Source: an uncultured delta proteobacterium
Lineage (GTDB): Bacteria > Desulfobacterota > WTBG01
Assembly: GCA_963793865.1 (NCBI GenBank)
Contig: CAWCBP010000001.1
Span: 1-64,000, forward strand
Length of the DNA: 64,000 nt
Reading direction: 5' to 3'
In this document: piece by piece, positions 51,989-63,451 of the stretch
How the letters are laid out: the number at the start of each line of letters is the position of its first letter
Numbering within the stretch: position 1 is the stretch's first letter
Notes under the pieces: generated by a model
What the model saw: the letters and a program-made list of their open reading frames with translations, nothing else
What the model was told of the DNA's origin: nothing
The model's database searches: none
Made by a program: the position numbers and the translations under genes

Positions 51989-52672
51989 ATGACCGGCAAA
52001 GCGAATAAGCATCCTGACCTGAATCTCACCCTGTCACGCAGGGACTTTTTAAAATATTCGGGTATGACTGTTATAGGATCAGCATTACTCGGCTACAGCC
52101 TGGACACCTCAGGGCAGGAGACGGCCGCCTGGGGATTCCTGCTGCTTGACCCGAAGAAATGCCAGGGGTGCGCTTCCTGCATGCTGGCGTGCTCCCTGGT
52201 GCATGAAGGGGTCACCAGCTTTTCCCGCTCGAGGATACAGGTGGTGCAAAACTCATTCGGGAAGTGGCCTGATGACCTCAGCGTGTCCCAGTGCCGGCAC
52301 TGTGTTAATCCAGCCTGTGTGGCGGCGTGCCCTACCGGTGCGCTGCACCGCGACCGCTTCCATAATAATGTGGCCACGGTAAACAGATTCAAATGCATCG
52401 GCTGCAAGCAATGTGTCAATGCCTGTCCCTACGCTCCCGGCAAGGCAATATGGAATGCCGAGGAAGGGCATTCCCAGAAGTGCGATCTCTGCGCCTCAAC
52501 ACCCTACTGGAAAGAGAAGAGCGGCCCTGACGGCAAAAAAGCCTGCCTGGAGATTTGCCCGGTCAGGGCGATTGTTTTTACCAAGATTATTCCGGATCAG
52601 TCGACAGGTGACGGGTATACGGTAAACCTGCGAGATACGGTATGGGGCTCACTTGGCTTCCCCACCACGTAG
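51989..52672 (+). CDS. Four-cluster Fe-S subunit (DmsB/YdhY-like) with twin-arginine motif
   Basis: SRRDFLK plus hydrophobic stretch; CQGCASC..AC, CRHCVNPACVAACP, CIGCKQCVNACP, KCDLC..ACLEICP. Confidence 0.88.
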   Translation: MTGKANKHPDLNLTLSRRDFLKYSGMTVIGSALLGYSLDTSGQETAAWGFLLLDPKKCQGCASCMLACSLVHEGVTSFSRSRIQVVQNSFGKWPDDLSVSQCRHCVNPACVAACPTGALHRDRFHNNVATVNRFKCIGCKQCVNACPYAPGKAIWNAEEGHSQKCDLCASTPYWKEKSGPDGKKACLEICPVRAIVFTKIIPDQSTGDGYTVNLRDTVWGSLGFPTT

Positions 52673-52721
52673 GTGAGGCAGCACCCACAGAAATGGTAAG
52701 CACCTGAAGGAGTGAAGCGCT

Positions 52722-54803
52722 ATGTTTGGATACGCGGGAAAAATATTGCGGCTGAACCTGACCAGTAGAAGCATATCAACCATACCCACCCGAAAATATG
52801 TTCAGTGGGGCGGCGGGCACGGCATGGGCTCGGCGATTTTCTTCGATCTGGTGAAGGACAAAACCATAGGCGCGTTTGATCCCGCCAATGTGGTGACGGT
52901 GATGACCTCTCCCCTGTCGGGCACCATGGTACCCGGGTGCTCTTCACGGACCGAAATTCAGGGAATCGGATCCCAGTCCTACCCGGTGGAGTGGTTCACC
53001 AGAAGCGGTCTCGGCGGCCGCTTTTCCTCGATGCTCAAATTCGCCGGCTGGGACGGCGTTGTAATCGAAGGCGCCGCGGACACACCGGTCTGGGCGGATA
53101 TCAGGGATGATGCCGTAACCATACGCGACTGCAATGATTTATCACTGTGGGGCATGGATACCTTTGAGTGCCAGCAGGCCATATGGGACTATGTTGCCGG
53201 CAGCAGACGATACGAAGAGTGGATAACCCCCCATGCGGATGGCGACGCACGCAGCACCCAGCGTCCTGCGGTGCTGGTGATCGGCCCCGCGGGGGAGCAT
53301 TTAAGCAGGCTGGCTGTCATTCAGCATGACGCGTCCAATACCTCCGGGCAGGGAGGGTTCGGCGCGGTGTGGGGATCCAAGAACCTGAAGGCCGTCAGCG
53401 TTATCGGGACCGGCAGCGTTAAAATTTTCAACCCCGACGCGCTGATGCGGAAAAGGATTGCCCAGGTAAAACAGTATGCGTATGATTTTGATAACCCCAG
53501 GGACGCGCTTACCCCGAACCTGTTTCAAAGTCCTCCCGGTGCGGCGGTGACCTGGGAGACTTTCCCTAATTTTATGCAGAGCAGTGGCAAGAGGCCCCAA
53601 GCATGTGTGGGTTGTCATTCAGGATGTCGCAGGCGCTATGAAAGCGGCATGGGGAATGAGGCATCGTGTTCTGAGACCACGATTTACCTGTCGGCCAAGT
53701 CTCCGGAGATACTCTGGAAAACAACGGATCTCTTGAACAGGTACGGCATCAACTGCCTTGAAGCCTTTGGCTGTTATTCCTATCTCATGAAGCTCAATCA
53801 GAGGGGCCTGCTCGGTCCGGGGAAGCGGATTGACTGCCCGCTCGATTTTGATGCTTTTGGCAGCCTCGAGTTCATGGATCAGCTCTTGAAGATGATAGCC
53901 TATAGAAGCGACGGAAACGGCAGCCCCGGTGAGTTCGGCAACGATATTGCGGAAGGCATTGTCAGGGCGGCACACAAGTGGGGAACATTGGAGGACAGTC
54001 TTCAAACCGGCGAGCTTGAATATCCTTACTGGGGATATCTCAATCATTTTGACCCGAGAATCCAGCCTGAATGGGGATACGGCACCATTCTGGACAGCAG
54101 GGATATCAATGAGCACGATTTCATGAGGCTGTATGTTTTCATGAAACCCGACTTTTATAAGGGGTTGCAACCATTGTCGCCCGGGGAAGTTGTCACCATT
54201 ATCACCGGTAAAATGGTGCCCTATCAGAACGATCCCCTCATGCTTGACTATGGCACCGACAACATGTATTCCCTGCACATGGCCAGGCTGGTGTCGTGGC
54301 ACCGGTACTATACACGGTTCTGGAAACAGTCGATGCTGCTCTGTGACAACCGCTGGCCCGACTTTGTCAACTCCTACGCGCCTGATATGATCGGCTCAAC
54401 CGGCAAAGCCGAACCGGGATTCGTGAGGGCGGTTACCGGCAGAACTATCTCCTTTCTCAAGGGAATACAGCTGGGAAGGAAAATATGGAATCTTGACCAC
54501 GCCATCTGGACGCTGCAGGGACGCCACCGGGACATGGTGCAGTTTGCGGACTATATCTACAGCATACCCAACGAGAGGAAGGACAAGAGCTGGACCATGT
54601 ATAAAGACGGTGAGTGGAACGCATCCGGGGTTGAGCCCCGGGTGGTGGACAGGCAAAAATTTGAAGCATTTAAAACCACGTTTTATGAGCTGCAGGGATG
54701 GGATCCCGCCACCGGCTATCCCCGGAGAAGCACGCTTGATGCTCTGGGATTGGGGTATGTTGCGGATGAGCTGGAAGATAATGATACGCTGGGGGAGGGG
54801 TAG
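52722..54803 (+). CDS. AOR-family oxidoreductase, YdhV-like divergent type
   Basis: GYAGKILRLNL, IGPAGE, GAVWGSKNLKAV, CVGCHSGC, FYELQGWD. Confidence 0.88.
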   Translation: MFGYAGKILRLNLTSRSISTIPTRKYVQWGGGHGMGSAIFFDLVKDKTIGAFDPANVVTVMTSPLSGTMVPGCSSRTEIQGIGSQSYPVEWFTRSGLGGRFSSMLKFAGWDGVVIEGAADTPVWADIRDDAVTIRDCNDLSLWGMDTFECQQAIWDYVAGSRRYEEWITPHADGDARSTQRPAVLVIGPAGEHLSRLAVIQHDASNTSGQGGFGAVWGSKNLKAVSVIGTGSVKIFNPDALMRKRIAQVKQYAYDFDNPRDALTPNLFQSPPGAAVTWETFPNFMQSSGKRPQACVGCHSGCRRRYESGMGNEASCSETTIYLSAKSPEILWKTTDLLNRYGINCLEAFGCYSYLMKLNQRGLLGPGKRIDCPLDFDAFGSLEFMDQLLKMIAYRSDGNGSPGEFGNDIAEGIVRAAHKWGTLEDSLQTGELEYPYWGYLNHFDPRIQPEWGYGTILDSRDINEHDFMRLYVFMKPDFYKGLQPLSPGEVVTIITGKMVPYQNDPLMLDYGTDNMYSLHMARLVSWHRYYTRFWKQSMLLCDNRWPDFVNSYAPDMIGSTGKAEPGFVRAVTGRTISFLKGIQLGRKIWNLDHAIWTLQGRHRDMVQFADYIYSIPNERKDKSWTMYKDGEWNASGVEPRVVDRQKFEAFKTTFYELQGWDPATGYPRRSTLDALGLGYVADELEDNDTLGEG

Positions 54804-54838
54804 TGCCCCCCGCCTCTTGAAACCGGACTAAGGAAGAT

Positions 54839-56635
54839 ATGCTGCACATCAGGAATTTTAGCATTATTGCCCACATCGATCACGGAAAGTCGACCCTTGC
54901 CGACCGCCTCATTCAATACGCCGGTCTGGTCGACCAGCGCCAGTTTCGGGACCAGATCCTGGACAACATGGACATTGAGCGGGAGCGGGGCATCACCATC
55001 AAGAGCCAGAGCGTGAGCCTTCCCTATACCAGCAGGAAGGGCGAGCAGTTTGAGCTCAACCTGATTGATACCCCGGGGCACGTGGACTTTTCCTATGAAG
55101 TTTCGCGCGCGCTTGCCTCCTGCGAGGGGGTGCTGCTGCTGGTGGATGCGGCCCAGGGAGTGGAGGCGCAGACGGTCGCCAACCTCTATGCGGCACTGGA
55201 GCACGATCTCGAGATCATTCCGGTGATCAACAAGATTGACCTGCCCTCGGCGGATATAGAGCGCGTCAAGGAGGAAATAGAAGCCGAACTGGGGCTGGAT
55301 GTGTCGGGGGTGCTGCTCTGTTCCGCCAAGGAGGGAACGGGCATAGAGGATATCCTGGAGGCCATAACCGAACGCATACCTCCCCCCCGGGGAATCGTTC
55401 AGGAGCCGCTTGCCGCGCTCATCTATGATGCACACTACGACACCTTTCGCGGCACCATTGTGAGCTGCAGGGTTTTTAACGGCAGCGTGAAGCCGGGCGA
55501 TGTCATCCGGCTCATGTCAAACGGATCAACCTACACCGTTGAGGAGGTGGGCTATTTCCGGCTGGTGCGGATTCCGCAAAAAGAGCTGGTCGCGGGTGAG
55601 GTGGGCTACATAATCGCCGGCATCAAGACGGTGAGCGATACCCGGATCGGCGATACCATAACCCTGAATGAGAACCCGGTGCCCACGGTGCTTCCCGGAT
55701 TCAAGGAGGTAAAGCCCATGGTCTTTTCCTCCCTCTATCCCATCGCTACCGAAGACTACTCCCTGCTCACCCAGGCGCTTGAAAAGTACAAGTTAAATGA
55801 CGCGGCGCTTACCTACCAGAAGGATTCCTCCGCGGCGCTCGGCCACGGTTTCCGCTGCGGCTTTCTCGGCCTGCTTCACCTGGAAATCGTCCAGGAGCGG
55901 CTTGAGCGGGAATACGACCAGGCCATCATCATGACCATCCCCAGCGTCCAGTATCGGTTCCTGCTCAGGAGCGGGGAATACCTGACGGTCGACAATCCCC
56001 ACTATTATCCAGATCCCTCATCGATAGAGAAATCAGAGGAGCCCTATGTGCGGGCAAACATCTACATCCCGCAGCGCTCCATGGGCGCGGTGATAAACCT
56101 CTGCCTGGAGCGGCGGGGGGTGAACACCCAGTTTACCTATCCCACTCCCCAGCGCATTGAGGTCACCGCCGAGATGCCTATTGCGGAGATCATCTACGAT
56201 TTCTACGACAAGCTGAAAACGGTCACCCAGGGGTACGGCTCCTTTGATTACGAGTTCATCGGCTACCGCGAGAGCGATCTGGTCAAGCTTGATATCCTGG
56301 TGAACGGAGAGCGGATTGACGCCCTTTCCATGATGATACACCGTGAGCGCTCCCGCTCCCGAGCGCTGGATATATGCGAGCGCTTAAAGGAAGAGATCCC
56401 CCGCCAGCTCTTCAAAATTGCCATCCAGGGGGCCATCGGGGGGCAGATCATAGCCCGCTCAACCATATCCCCCTTCCGTAAGGATGTGACCGCCAAGTGC
56501 TACGGCGGCGACATCACCCGCAAGCGCAAGCTTCTGGAAAAGCAGAAGGCGGGGAAGAAGCGCATGAAAATGGTGGGATCGGTTGAGATCCCCCAATCCG
56601 CCTTTGTGGCCGTGCTCAAATCAAAAAATGAATAG
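54839..56635 (+). CDS. lepA: Elongation factor 4
   Basis: [55 protein letters not shown]. Confidence 0.98.
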   Translation: MLHIRNFSIIAHIDHGKSTLADRLIQYAGLVDQRQFRDQILDNMDIERERGITIKSQSVSLPYTSRKGEQFELNLIDTPGHVDFSYEVSRALASCEGVLLLVDAAQGVEAQTVANLYAALEHDLEIIPVINKIDLPSADIERVKEEIEAELGLDVSGVLLCSAKEGTGIEDILEAITERIPPPRGIVQEPLAALIYDAHYDTFRGTIVSCRVFNGSVKPGDVIRLMSNGSTYTVEEVGYFRLVRIPQKELVAGEVGYIIAGIKTVSDTRIGDTITLNENPVPTVLPGFKEVKPMVFSSLYPIATEDYSLLTQALEKYKLNDAALTYQKDSSAALGHGFRCGFLGLLHLEIVQERLEREYDQAIIMTIPSVQYRFLLRSGEYLTVDNPHYYPDPSSIEKSEEPYVRANIYIPQRSMGAVINLCLERRGVNTQFTYPTPQRIEVTAEMPIAEIIYDFYDKLKTVTQGYGSFDYEFIGYRESDLVKLDILVNGERIDALSMMIHRERSRSRALDICERLKEEIPRQLFKIAIQGAIGGQIIARSTISPFRKDVTAKCYGGDITRKRKLLEKQKAGKKRMKMVGSVEIPQSAFVAVLKSKNE

Positions 56636-57746
56636 CCGACAACATCCCGGGATCTATGTCCACGTTCCCTTCTGTGTGAGCAAGTGCATCCACTGCGACT
56701 TTTACTCCGAGGCCGGCCTGTCCATGGTTCCGGCGTGGCTGAAAGGACTCGGGCAGGAGATGCTGCTCTACCGCGATTGCTTCCCCGCCTTTGATACCCT
56801 GTACGTCGGGGGAGGCACCCCGACGGTGCTTGAGGATGCGCAGCTCCGGCAGCTCTTCCATATGCTCTACAGCTCTTTGGACGTGGCTGAGGATAGTGAG
56901 ATAACCGTAGAAGCAAACCCCAATGATGTAACGGCTGAAAAGCTGGGCATGCTGCGGGAGTGCGGAGTAAACCGCGTCAGCCTGGGAGTGCAGTCCTTCG
57001 ATGACCGGGACCTTTTGTTTCTCAAAAGGCGGCACACGGCACGTCAGGCGGAGCAGGCCCTGGAGCTGATTAAAAGCTGCGGCATTTCCAGCCTGAGCGT
57101 TGATCTCATCTACGGCATTCCCGGGCAGACAGTGGACGGATGGATGGAAACCCTTGAGCGTGCCGTTGCCTTCAAACCCGGGCATCTTTCCTGTTATCAG
57201 CTGACGGTTGCCGGGGGGACGGTGCTTTGTGAAATGCAGAAGCGGGGAATAACCCACCTGCCCGCTGAAGCAGAAGGAGAAAGCCTCTTTCTGGCCACCG
57301 CGCAATACCTGGAGAAGGCCGGGTACCTGCACTACGAAATTTCAAACTATGCCCGGGGAGAGAAGAACGTTTCCCGGCATAATCAGAAGTACTGGCAGCA
57401 CGTACCCTACCTGGGACTCGGTCCGGCCGCCCATTCGTTCCGGGAGGGCAAACGCTGGTGGAACTGCCGGTCGGTCGCGGAATACTGCGGCGCGCTGGAA
57501 AAGGGTATTGCACCGGTGAGCGGTAAAGAGGTATTAACCCCTGAGCAGCTTGAACTTGAAGCCCTCTATCTGGGGTTGAGAACCACGCGCGGTGTTGATG
57601 CAGCGCTTATGTTCTCAGGCGGCAGGCGCCGGGTGCTTCTTGCGGAACTTCTCCGCGATGACTATGTGAAAATTCAGGGTCAGCACGTGGTGCCCACCAC
57701 AAGGGGCTTTCTGGTTGCCGACCGCCTGGCCGCAGTATTAAGCTAA
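56628..57746 (+). CDS. hemW: Radical SAM heme chaperone (HemN-like)
   Basis: [33 protein letters not shown] signature; overlaps the lepA stop. Confidence 0.88.
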   Translation: MNSRQHPGIYVHVPFCVSKCIHCDFYSEAGLSMVPAWLKGLGQEMLLYRDCFPAFDTLYVGGGTPTVLEDAQLRQLFHMLYSSLDVAEDSEITVEANPNDVTAEKLGMLRECGVNRVSLGVQSFDDRDLLFLKRRHTARQAEQALELIKSCGISSLSVDLIYGIPGQTVDGWMETLERAVAFKPGHLSCYQLTVAGGTVLCEMQKRGITHLPAEAEGESLFLATAQYLEKAGYLHYEISNYARGEKNVSRHNQKYWQHVPYLGLGPAAHSFREGKRWWNCRSVAEYCGALEKGIAPVSGKEVLTPEQLELEALYLGLRTTRGVDAALMFSGGRRRVLLAELLRDDYVKIQGQHVVPTTRGFLVADRLAAVLS

Positions 57747-57772
57747 TCGTAATGCGCATGAAAGCGTTTTAT

Positions 57773-57915
57773 TCGCGACCCGAGGTCGCTCCTACCAAAG
57801 AATGTGAACCGGGGTAGGAGCAGCTTGAGCTTCGGAATTATTTGCGACCAAAGCATTGTAATACCGGTAGGAGCAGCTTTAGCTGCGATAGACTCGCGAC
57901 CGGTGTCGCTCCTGC
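57773..57915. repeat. Cluster of REP-A variants (BIME-like)
   Basis: TCGCGACC..GTCGCTCCTAC and two GTAGGAGCAGCTT..AGCT units. Confidence 0.7.
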
Positions 57916-57948
57916 CAAAGCGACACATTCAAAGTAAAGGAGAAAGCC

Positions 57949-59190
57949 ATGAGCCATGACCCCATCACCATTTCCAGCAACAACCTTAAAAAGTCCCTTC
58001 CTGACGTGGCTTACAATTCACAGGAGGATTCTTTTTTTGTGTTCTGGGCCGCATCTCCGGGCGACGAAAGCGAAACCGCGGATTACTTTATTGCCGGCCA
58101 GAAACTGTCCGGAAGCGGGAAACCGCTGGGCGGGCCGATTGAGCTGGTGAAAACCGAGAACATAGCATTGAGGCCGGTGGCGCTGTACAATCCAAATAAA
58201 AATCAGTACCTGCTGATCTACTGTCTGGGGGAAGACTATATGAATCTCCGGGGGGTCTTCCTGGACACGGACGGCAGGGCGGTCGGGAAACACTTCAGGG
58301 TAACCGATGCGCCCGCGAACCAGGTGCATTACACCATGGCATTCAATTCCAGGAGGAACCAGTTTCTTATAACCTATAACGACAACCGAAACGGGCCGCA
58401 CATGGTTTTTGGCGTTATCTTTGATGACAAGGGCGGGGTGGCGAAAAAAGAGTTCGCCATCAGCAATGCCCCGGGTCATCAGATTAATCCCGTGGTGTGC
58501 TACAACCCCAGGGAGGATACGTATCTTATCAACTGGGAGGACTTCAGGGCCCACGGCGACAGCCTGACCCCGTATGGAACGCTTGAAGTGATGACCGATA
58601 TATACGGCGCGCTGCTCGCCGCGGACGGCACCGTGCTGGTTAATGACATCCCCATGTGCGCTGATGCAGGCGGCATTAATGGCGACCAGCGCTTTAACGG
58701 CATAGCCTACAACTCGAAAAAGAATGAATTTCTAACCAGCTGGACCGACAGCCGCGAAGGTATACACAACGTGGGGATTGTGGGCAGAATAGTTAAGACG
58801 GACGGCTCCATGCCGGCGAAGGATTTTATCCTGGTTGATGCGCCCGGCGCTCAGATGATAAGCCATTCCGCCTATCTGCCGCAGCAGGACAAATATTTTC
58901 TTGCCTTTGAGTACTCCCGGAATGAGCTGGACAAGTTTTACTTTAAGGACATTAAGGCCCGGCTGGACATTGGGGCGCGGTGGCTTGGCGCCGACGGGCG
59001 GCCTGAGAATGATATGATTGATATCTGCAGCAGCGAGGGGAACCAGCGCTTTGTGCGCTTTGCCCATAACGCCGCAGGGGACACTTTTTTACTGGTCTGG
59101 CAGGATGATTTTCCCGGCGTGTCCGATTCAGTAGAGGGCCATATCATGAGCGCCGGCGGCAATATTATGGGCAGGCTGTATAAATTTTAA
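57949..59190 (+). CDS. Hypothetical repeat protein, probable 7-bladed beta-propeller
   Basis: Seven xxxYN....x[FY]Lxx[WYF] repeats; AAGGAG RBS. Confidence 0.65.
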   Translation: MSHDPITISSNNLKKSLPDVAYNSQEDSFFVFWAASPGDESETADYFIAGQKLSGSGKPLGGPIELVKTENIALRPVALYNPNKNQYLLIYCLGEDYMNLRGVFLDTDGRAVGKHFRVTDAPANQVHYTMAFNSRRNQFLITYNDNRNGPHMVFGVIFDDKGGVAKKEFAISNAPGHQINPVVCYNPREDTYLINWEDFRAHGDSLTPYGTLEVMTDIYGALLAADGTVLVNDIPMCADAGGINGDQRFNGIAYNSKKNEFLTSWTDSREGIHNVGIVGRIVKTDGSMPAKDFILVDAPGAQMISHSAYLPQQDKYFLAFEYSRNELDKFYFKDIKARLDIGARWLGADGRPENDMIDICSSEGNQRFVRFAHNAAGDTFLLVWQDDFPGVSDSVEGHIMSAGGNIMGRLYKF

Positions 59191-59267
59191 TCGTTCCATG
59201 GATTGGCTTTCATCCCGCCTTCTTCTTGTCGTGTCCATGAAAGCGGAGATGCACGTCTTATTAACAC

Positions 59268-59295
59268 GTAGGGGCGACCGGCCGGTCGCCCCTAC
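59268..59295. repeat. REP-B perfect palindrome
   Basis: GTAGGGGCGACCGGCCGGTCGCCCCTAC between convergent genes. Confidence 0.85.
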
Positions 59296-59354
59296 AAGTA
59301 AGTTTTTATTTTCGCGTTAAACCCCCATGCCCCACAGGTGCACTGCGCGTCAGA

Positions 59355-60857
59355 TTACTTTTCGGGGGTGATAATCACAAATTGTGAATAATTGTCCCTT
59401 TTGACCAGAAGCAGTATCTTGCTGCCGCTTTTCCTCTTCTTCAGCGCATTGCTATAATTTTCCAGATCTCGTACCGGCTCGCGATTTACCTCTAAAATGA
59501 GGTCCCCTTCTCTTAAACCTGCCGCGTCGGCGGGACTCCCGGGCGCAACCCGGGTGACTACCACCCCTGTCTTATCGGTCATGTTATAGGCCCGGGCCAT
59601 TGCCGCGGTCAGCGTGTTCACTTCCATCCCCAATCCTTCTTCAGACCCGGCATCAGCGGAGGCATAGGTCTTCGCTTCCTTCAGTTCCTCAATGGTAACC
59701 TTCCTGTTCAGCTTTTTATCCCCTCGCATAATGGCAACTTCCACCTTTTTGCCGATCGGCGTCTGGGCCACAAGCAATGGCAGTTCGTTCATCTCTGTAA
59801 TGTCCTTCCCGTCAAAACTGAGAATGATATCTCCTTTTTCAATTCCTGCCCGTGCTGCCGGACCATTTGCATCAACATCTGCCACCAGCGCTCCTTTACC
59901 CTTCTCTATATTAAAGGACTCCGCCAGATCGGCCGTCATAGCCTGCACTACCACACCCAGCCATCCTCTCACCACTTTGCCCTTGTCCTTCAGCTGGCCG
60001 ACAACGCTCCTGGCCAGATTTATGGGGACGGCAAAACCGATTCCTATGTTGCCGCCGCTGGTGGAAAAAATGGCGCTGTTCACGCCCACCACCTCACCCC
60101 GCGTATTGAAGAGCGGGCCTCCGCTGTTGCCCTGGTTGATGGCAGCGTCAGTCTGGATGAAGTCCTCATAGGGGCCCATGCCGAGCTTCCTCCATTTCGC
60201 GCTCACCACCCCGACGGTTACCGTTTGATCCAGGCCGAATGGGTTGCCGATCGCCATTACCCATTCTCCCACCTTCAGTGCATCCGAATCACCCAGCACG
60301 GCTACCGGCAGGTCTTTATCGGGTTCTATTTTGATCAGGGCAATGTCGGTTTTACCGTCTCTTCCGATTATTTTTGCGTCGTACTCTTCCTTGTCGGAGA
60401 GACGCACCTTGATTTCGTCAGCTCCCTCAATTACATGATTGTTGGTGATGATGTAGCCTTCCTTGTCCATGATGAAGCCGGATCCCAGGCTGGTTAACTT
60501 CTGTTCCCGCTGCGGCATGCGCCCCCCGAAAAACCGCTCCGAAAACTCATCACCAAAAAAATCCCTGAAGGGTCCCTCTCTGAAAGGCTGCATAAACGGA
60601 CCCTGCCTTCCTTTGACTATTTTAGTGGTGCTGATGTTGACCGCCACCGGCATCAGTTTTTCCGCCAGATCGGCAAACGATTGAGACGCCCCGGTGATCA
60701 TGGGTTGACTGCTGTTGCCTGCCTCATTGTCGAAGGCCTGCAGGCAGGATGAGATTTTGAGGCTTGAAGATACCAGGATGCCGATGGCAAATGAAATGAG
60801 GGCCACTCCGGTTATTATAGGTAACGCCCTGTTTTTGCCTTTCAGTTTTATGCCCAT
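59355..60857 (-). CDS. DegP/DegQ (HtrA) serine protease with two PDZ domains
   Basis: SLGSGF, TNNHV, TDIAL, IQTDAAINQGNSGGPL, RGWLGV. Confidence 0.95.
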   Translation of the reverse strand: MGIKLKGKNRALPIITGVALISFAIGILVSSSLKISSCLQAFDNEAGNSSQPMITGASQSFADLAEKLMPVAVNISTTKIVKGRQGPFMQPFREGPFRDFFGDEFSERFFGGRMPQREQKLTSLGSGFIMDKEGYIITNNHVIEGADEIKVRLSDKEEYDAKIIGRDGKTDIALIKIEPDKDLPVAVLGDSDALKVGEWVMAIGNPFGLDQTVTVGVVSAKWRKLGMGPYEDFIQTDAAINQGNSGGPLFNTRGEVVGVNSAIFSTSGGNIGIGFAVPINLARSVVGQLKDKGKVVRGWLGVVVQAMTADLAESFNIEKGKGALVADVDANGPAARAGIEKGDIILSFDGKDITEMNELPLLVAQTPIGKKVEVAIMRGDKKLNRKVTIEELKEAKTYASADAGSEEGLGMEVNTLTAAMARAYNMTDKTGVVVTRVAPGSPADAAGLREGDLILEVNREPVRDLENYSNALKKRKSGSKILLLVKRDNYSQFVIITPEK

Positions 60858-61130
60858 GTCGCCTCCTCTTCGCAAAAATTGTTATGCTGTCATGAAGGTT
60901 AACTTTATGCTCCTCATCCAAGAGCTGCATTTTGCTGTTATCTGTAACGCTGATAAACGAATCCCGTTCTGCTCATGGTCATTAAGCAGCGGGGTAATTT
61001 GTAACAGGATTATAATTGATTGGGTTTTACTAACGATTGATGAGGACTTGAGTTCTAAGCTATTTATAAAACATGACAGAATTGATCTGCAGGCTTTCTG
61101 CCTGGTAAAAGATACATTTTCAAAAGACTG

Positions 61131-61922
61131 CTATTCTATTATATATCTTTTTGACTCAACTTCCGCCGCCGGGTCCTGATTGTAATAGAGCTTCAGTTCA
61201 GCGTACAGCTGCGGGTGTTTCGTTTTGAGCAAAACCGGTGTTTCAAAGAAGCACTCGGTCGCGACCGCGAAAAATTCTGCGGGGCTGGTGGCGGCATAGC
61301 TGTCCAGAACCGTTTCGCGTCCCGCGGCAACATCTTTTTTCAGTGCGGCATACTCCCTCCCCAGTATCCGGCTCCAGGCGCCATACATGGAGCTCCGGGG
61401 GAGGGCTACGGAGCCGTCGGCCAGGCGCCCATCCTCAATGTCAAGCTGATGGGCAAACTCGTGATAGACAACATTATGCCCGTCCTGAGCATCGGCAGCC
61501 CCGGCCCGCACGTCATCCCAGGAAAGCACCACCGTGCCATGTGACCAGGATTCGCCCTGGCGCGGCTGAAGTCCCTCGGTAACCAACCCGGCGCTGTCCC
61601 GCTCGCGATGATGCGCAAGGTAGGTCCCGGGATAGACCAGGATAGAAACAAGCTTGGGATAGTAGTCAGTCTTTCGGTGCAAAAGCAGTACGCATGCCTG
61701 GGCTGCTATGGTTACCTTCATTTCCACGGTAACGGTAAGCCCGGCGCACCCTTCAAAATATTTTTCGGCCAGGAACACCTGAATGTGGTCGTGCAGCTCC
61801 TGCCGGTCAGCCGGTGAAAGGCGGCCGTATAACGGCAGGTTCTGCTCAAGCATCCGTGACCAATCTGCAGGAAACGGTTTTTTCCTCAGCCGCCTCCTGC
61901 GCAGCTTTTTAAAGAAAAACAT
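61131..61922 (-). CDS. mtfA: MtfA-like zinc peptidase (M90)
   Basis: IAAQAC, GESW, NVVYHEFAHQLD, YAATSPAEFFAV. Confidence 0.9.
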   Translation of the reverse strand: MFFFKKLRRRRLRKKPFPADWSRMLEQNLPLYGRLSPADRQELHDHIQVFLAEKYFEGCAGLTVTVEMKVTIAAQACVLLLHRKTDYYPKLVSILVYPGTYLAHHRERDSAGLVTEGLQPRQGESWSHGTVVLSWDDVRAGAADAQDGHNVVYHEFAHQLDIEDGRLADGSVALPRSSMYGAWSRILGREYAALKKDVAAGRETVLDSYAATSPAEFFAVATECFFETPVLLKTKHPQLYAELKLYYNQDPAAEVESKRYIIE

Positions 61923-62176
61923 AATTAGAAATGAATGCAGGTTGTTTGTGCCGCATACATAACCACTGGTCCATCATAACATTTATAACTGCTTATTTAA
62001 ATAAAATACCGGAAACAGGCGAATGGGAGCAGTATAAAAACTATTGCATAATATGGGTTTATAATAAAATCAGAGTGTGCTATGGTTTTAATTCATAGCA
62101 TCGGTCTGTTTCTGTTGGAGATACTATCGACTAGGGACGCATTATTGCCATACAAGTACTGGTGGAGGTGAGATAC

Positions 62177-63135
62177 GTGAAAATCGGTTTTGAGCTCAAG
62201 AATGGAGCAATAGTTGAGACGAGTGAGGAGTCGGCCAGCATTCTTGTGTATGCCGCCCCGAACGACAGGGAAAAACAGCAAATCATTCAGGCATTGGCTC
62301 TGGATCCCTATGACCTGGAGTCCGCCCTCGATCCGGAAGAGATATCGCGCGTTGAGTTTACTTCTGACCGCGTTTCTCTGATCTGGAAGAGGCCAAAGAG
62401 CGCATCATTCGATGAGCAATTGCGGCTTGATGTTTCATCCGTCGGACTTTTTCTGTACCAGGACAGGCTTACCGCAATTATGAATGAGAAGGCCATTCCC
62501 TTTGCAGCAAAAGAGTTTCTGGGGGCCGGTTCATCAGTTGACGTGCTTTTAGGTTCCTCCATTATACCGTTCACCACTATCTGACTCATCTCAAGATGAT
62601 CAAACAGCTCACTATCGAGCTGGAGTCCAAGATCAGTTCTTCCATGGAGAATCGCTACCTGCTCCAAATGTTCGCCCTCAGTGAGAGCCTCATCTATTAC
62701 CTTAACGATATTGAGGCCAATGGTACCGTGCTCACAAAGCTGCGCGGGTCTCTCGAGAAACTCGGACTGTCAAAGCAACGCATCGAGTCCCTTGACGATA
62801 TTATACTTGACAATCAGCAGTGTGCCCGGCAGGCGCAGATATACAGCACCGTTTTGTCAGGCCTTATGGATGCCCGGGGAACACTTATCAATAACAACAT
62901 GAATGTGCTCCTGAAAAACCTCACCCTTATCAACATCATTTTTCTTCCGCTCAATCTCATCGCCAGCATTGGGGGCATGTCTGAGTATACCATGATGATG
63001 AAAGGTATCGACTGGAAATTAGCATACTCGTTTTTTTCACTGGCCATGGTTATTATCGGATTGGGAACCTGGCTTATCATCTTTTGGACGCTGGATAAAC
63101 GGAAGTGGAAAATTAAGAAACCTCGTATCAAGTAG
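62177..63135 (+). CDS. corA: CorA-family Mg2+ transporter; frameshift at about 62550
   Basis: ALDPEEISRVE, INNNMN..LKNLT, FLPL..IGGMSE (variant GMN motif); one missing base splits the ORF. Confidence 0.85.
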
Positions 63136-63451
63136 TTTCCCATAAGGCATAAATGCATTGAGCGTTTTGAGGTTCCATGATGGCTCAAAACCGCCTGCTT
63201 CTTGCGCCTTCGGCAAACCATTGTTTGTCTAACCAGCATGCTCTTTGGCCGTTTTAGAAAATGAAATAAATTTAATGCAACTTTAATATTCAATTAATCC
63301 TGCTGTAGTAGTAATGAGGTTATCCAGAATGGGTAACCTCTTTTTTTTACGGACGTCCGGGAACAACGAATCTTTCAATGGAAAATTGCCGGTGATTGCG
63401 GGTAAAGAGTGGCAATCCATTGCATGGTAACATGCAGGAGGAAAACAAATT

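Noticed and set aside
56628..57746. HemN or anaerobic heme-degrading ChuW as partner of the FDBR
   Set aside because: HNxxYW motif and lepA linkage indicate ordinary HemW
57760..57920. Possible CRISPR array
   Set aside because: Units are inverted, variable REP palindromes without regular spacers; no cas genes
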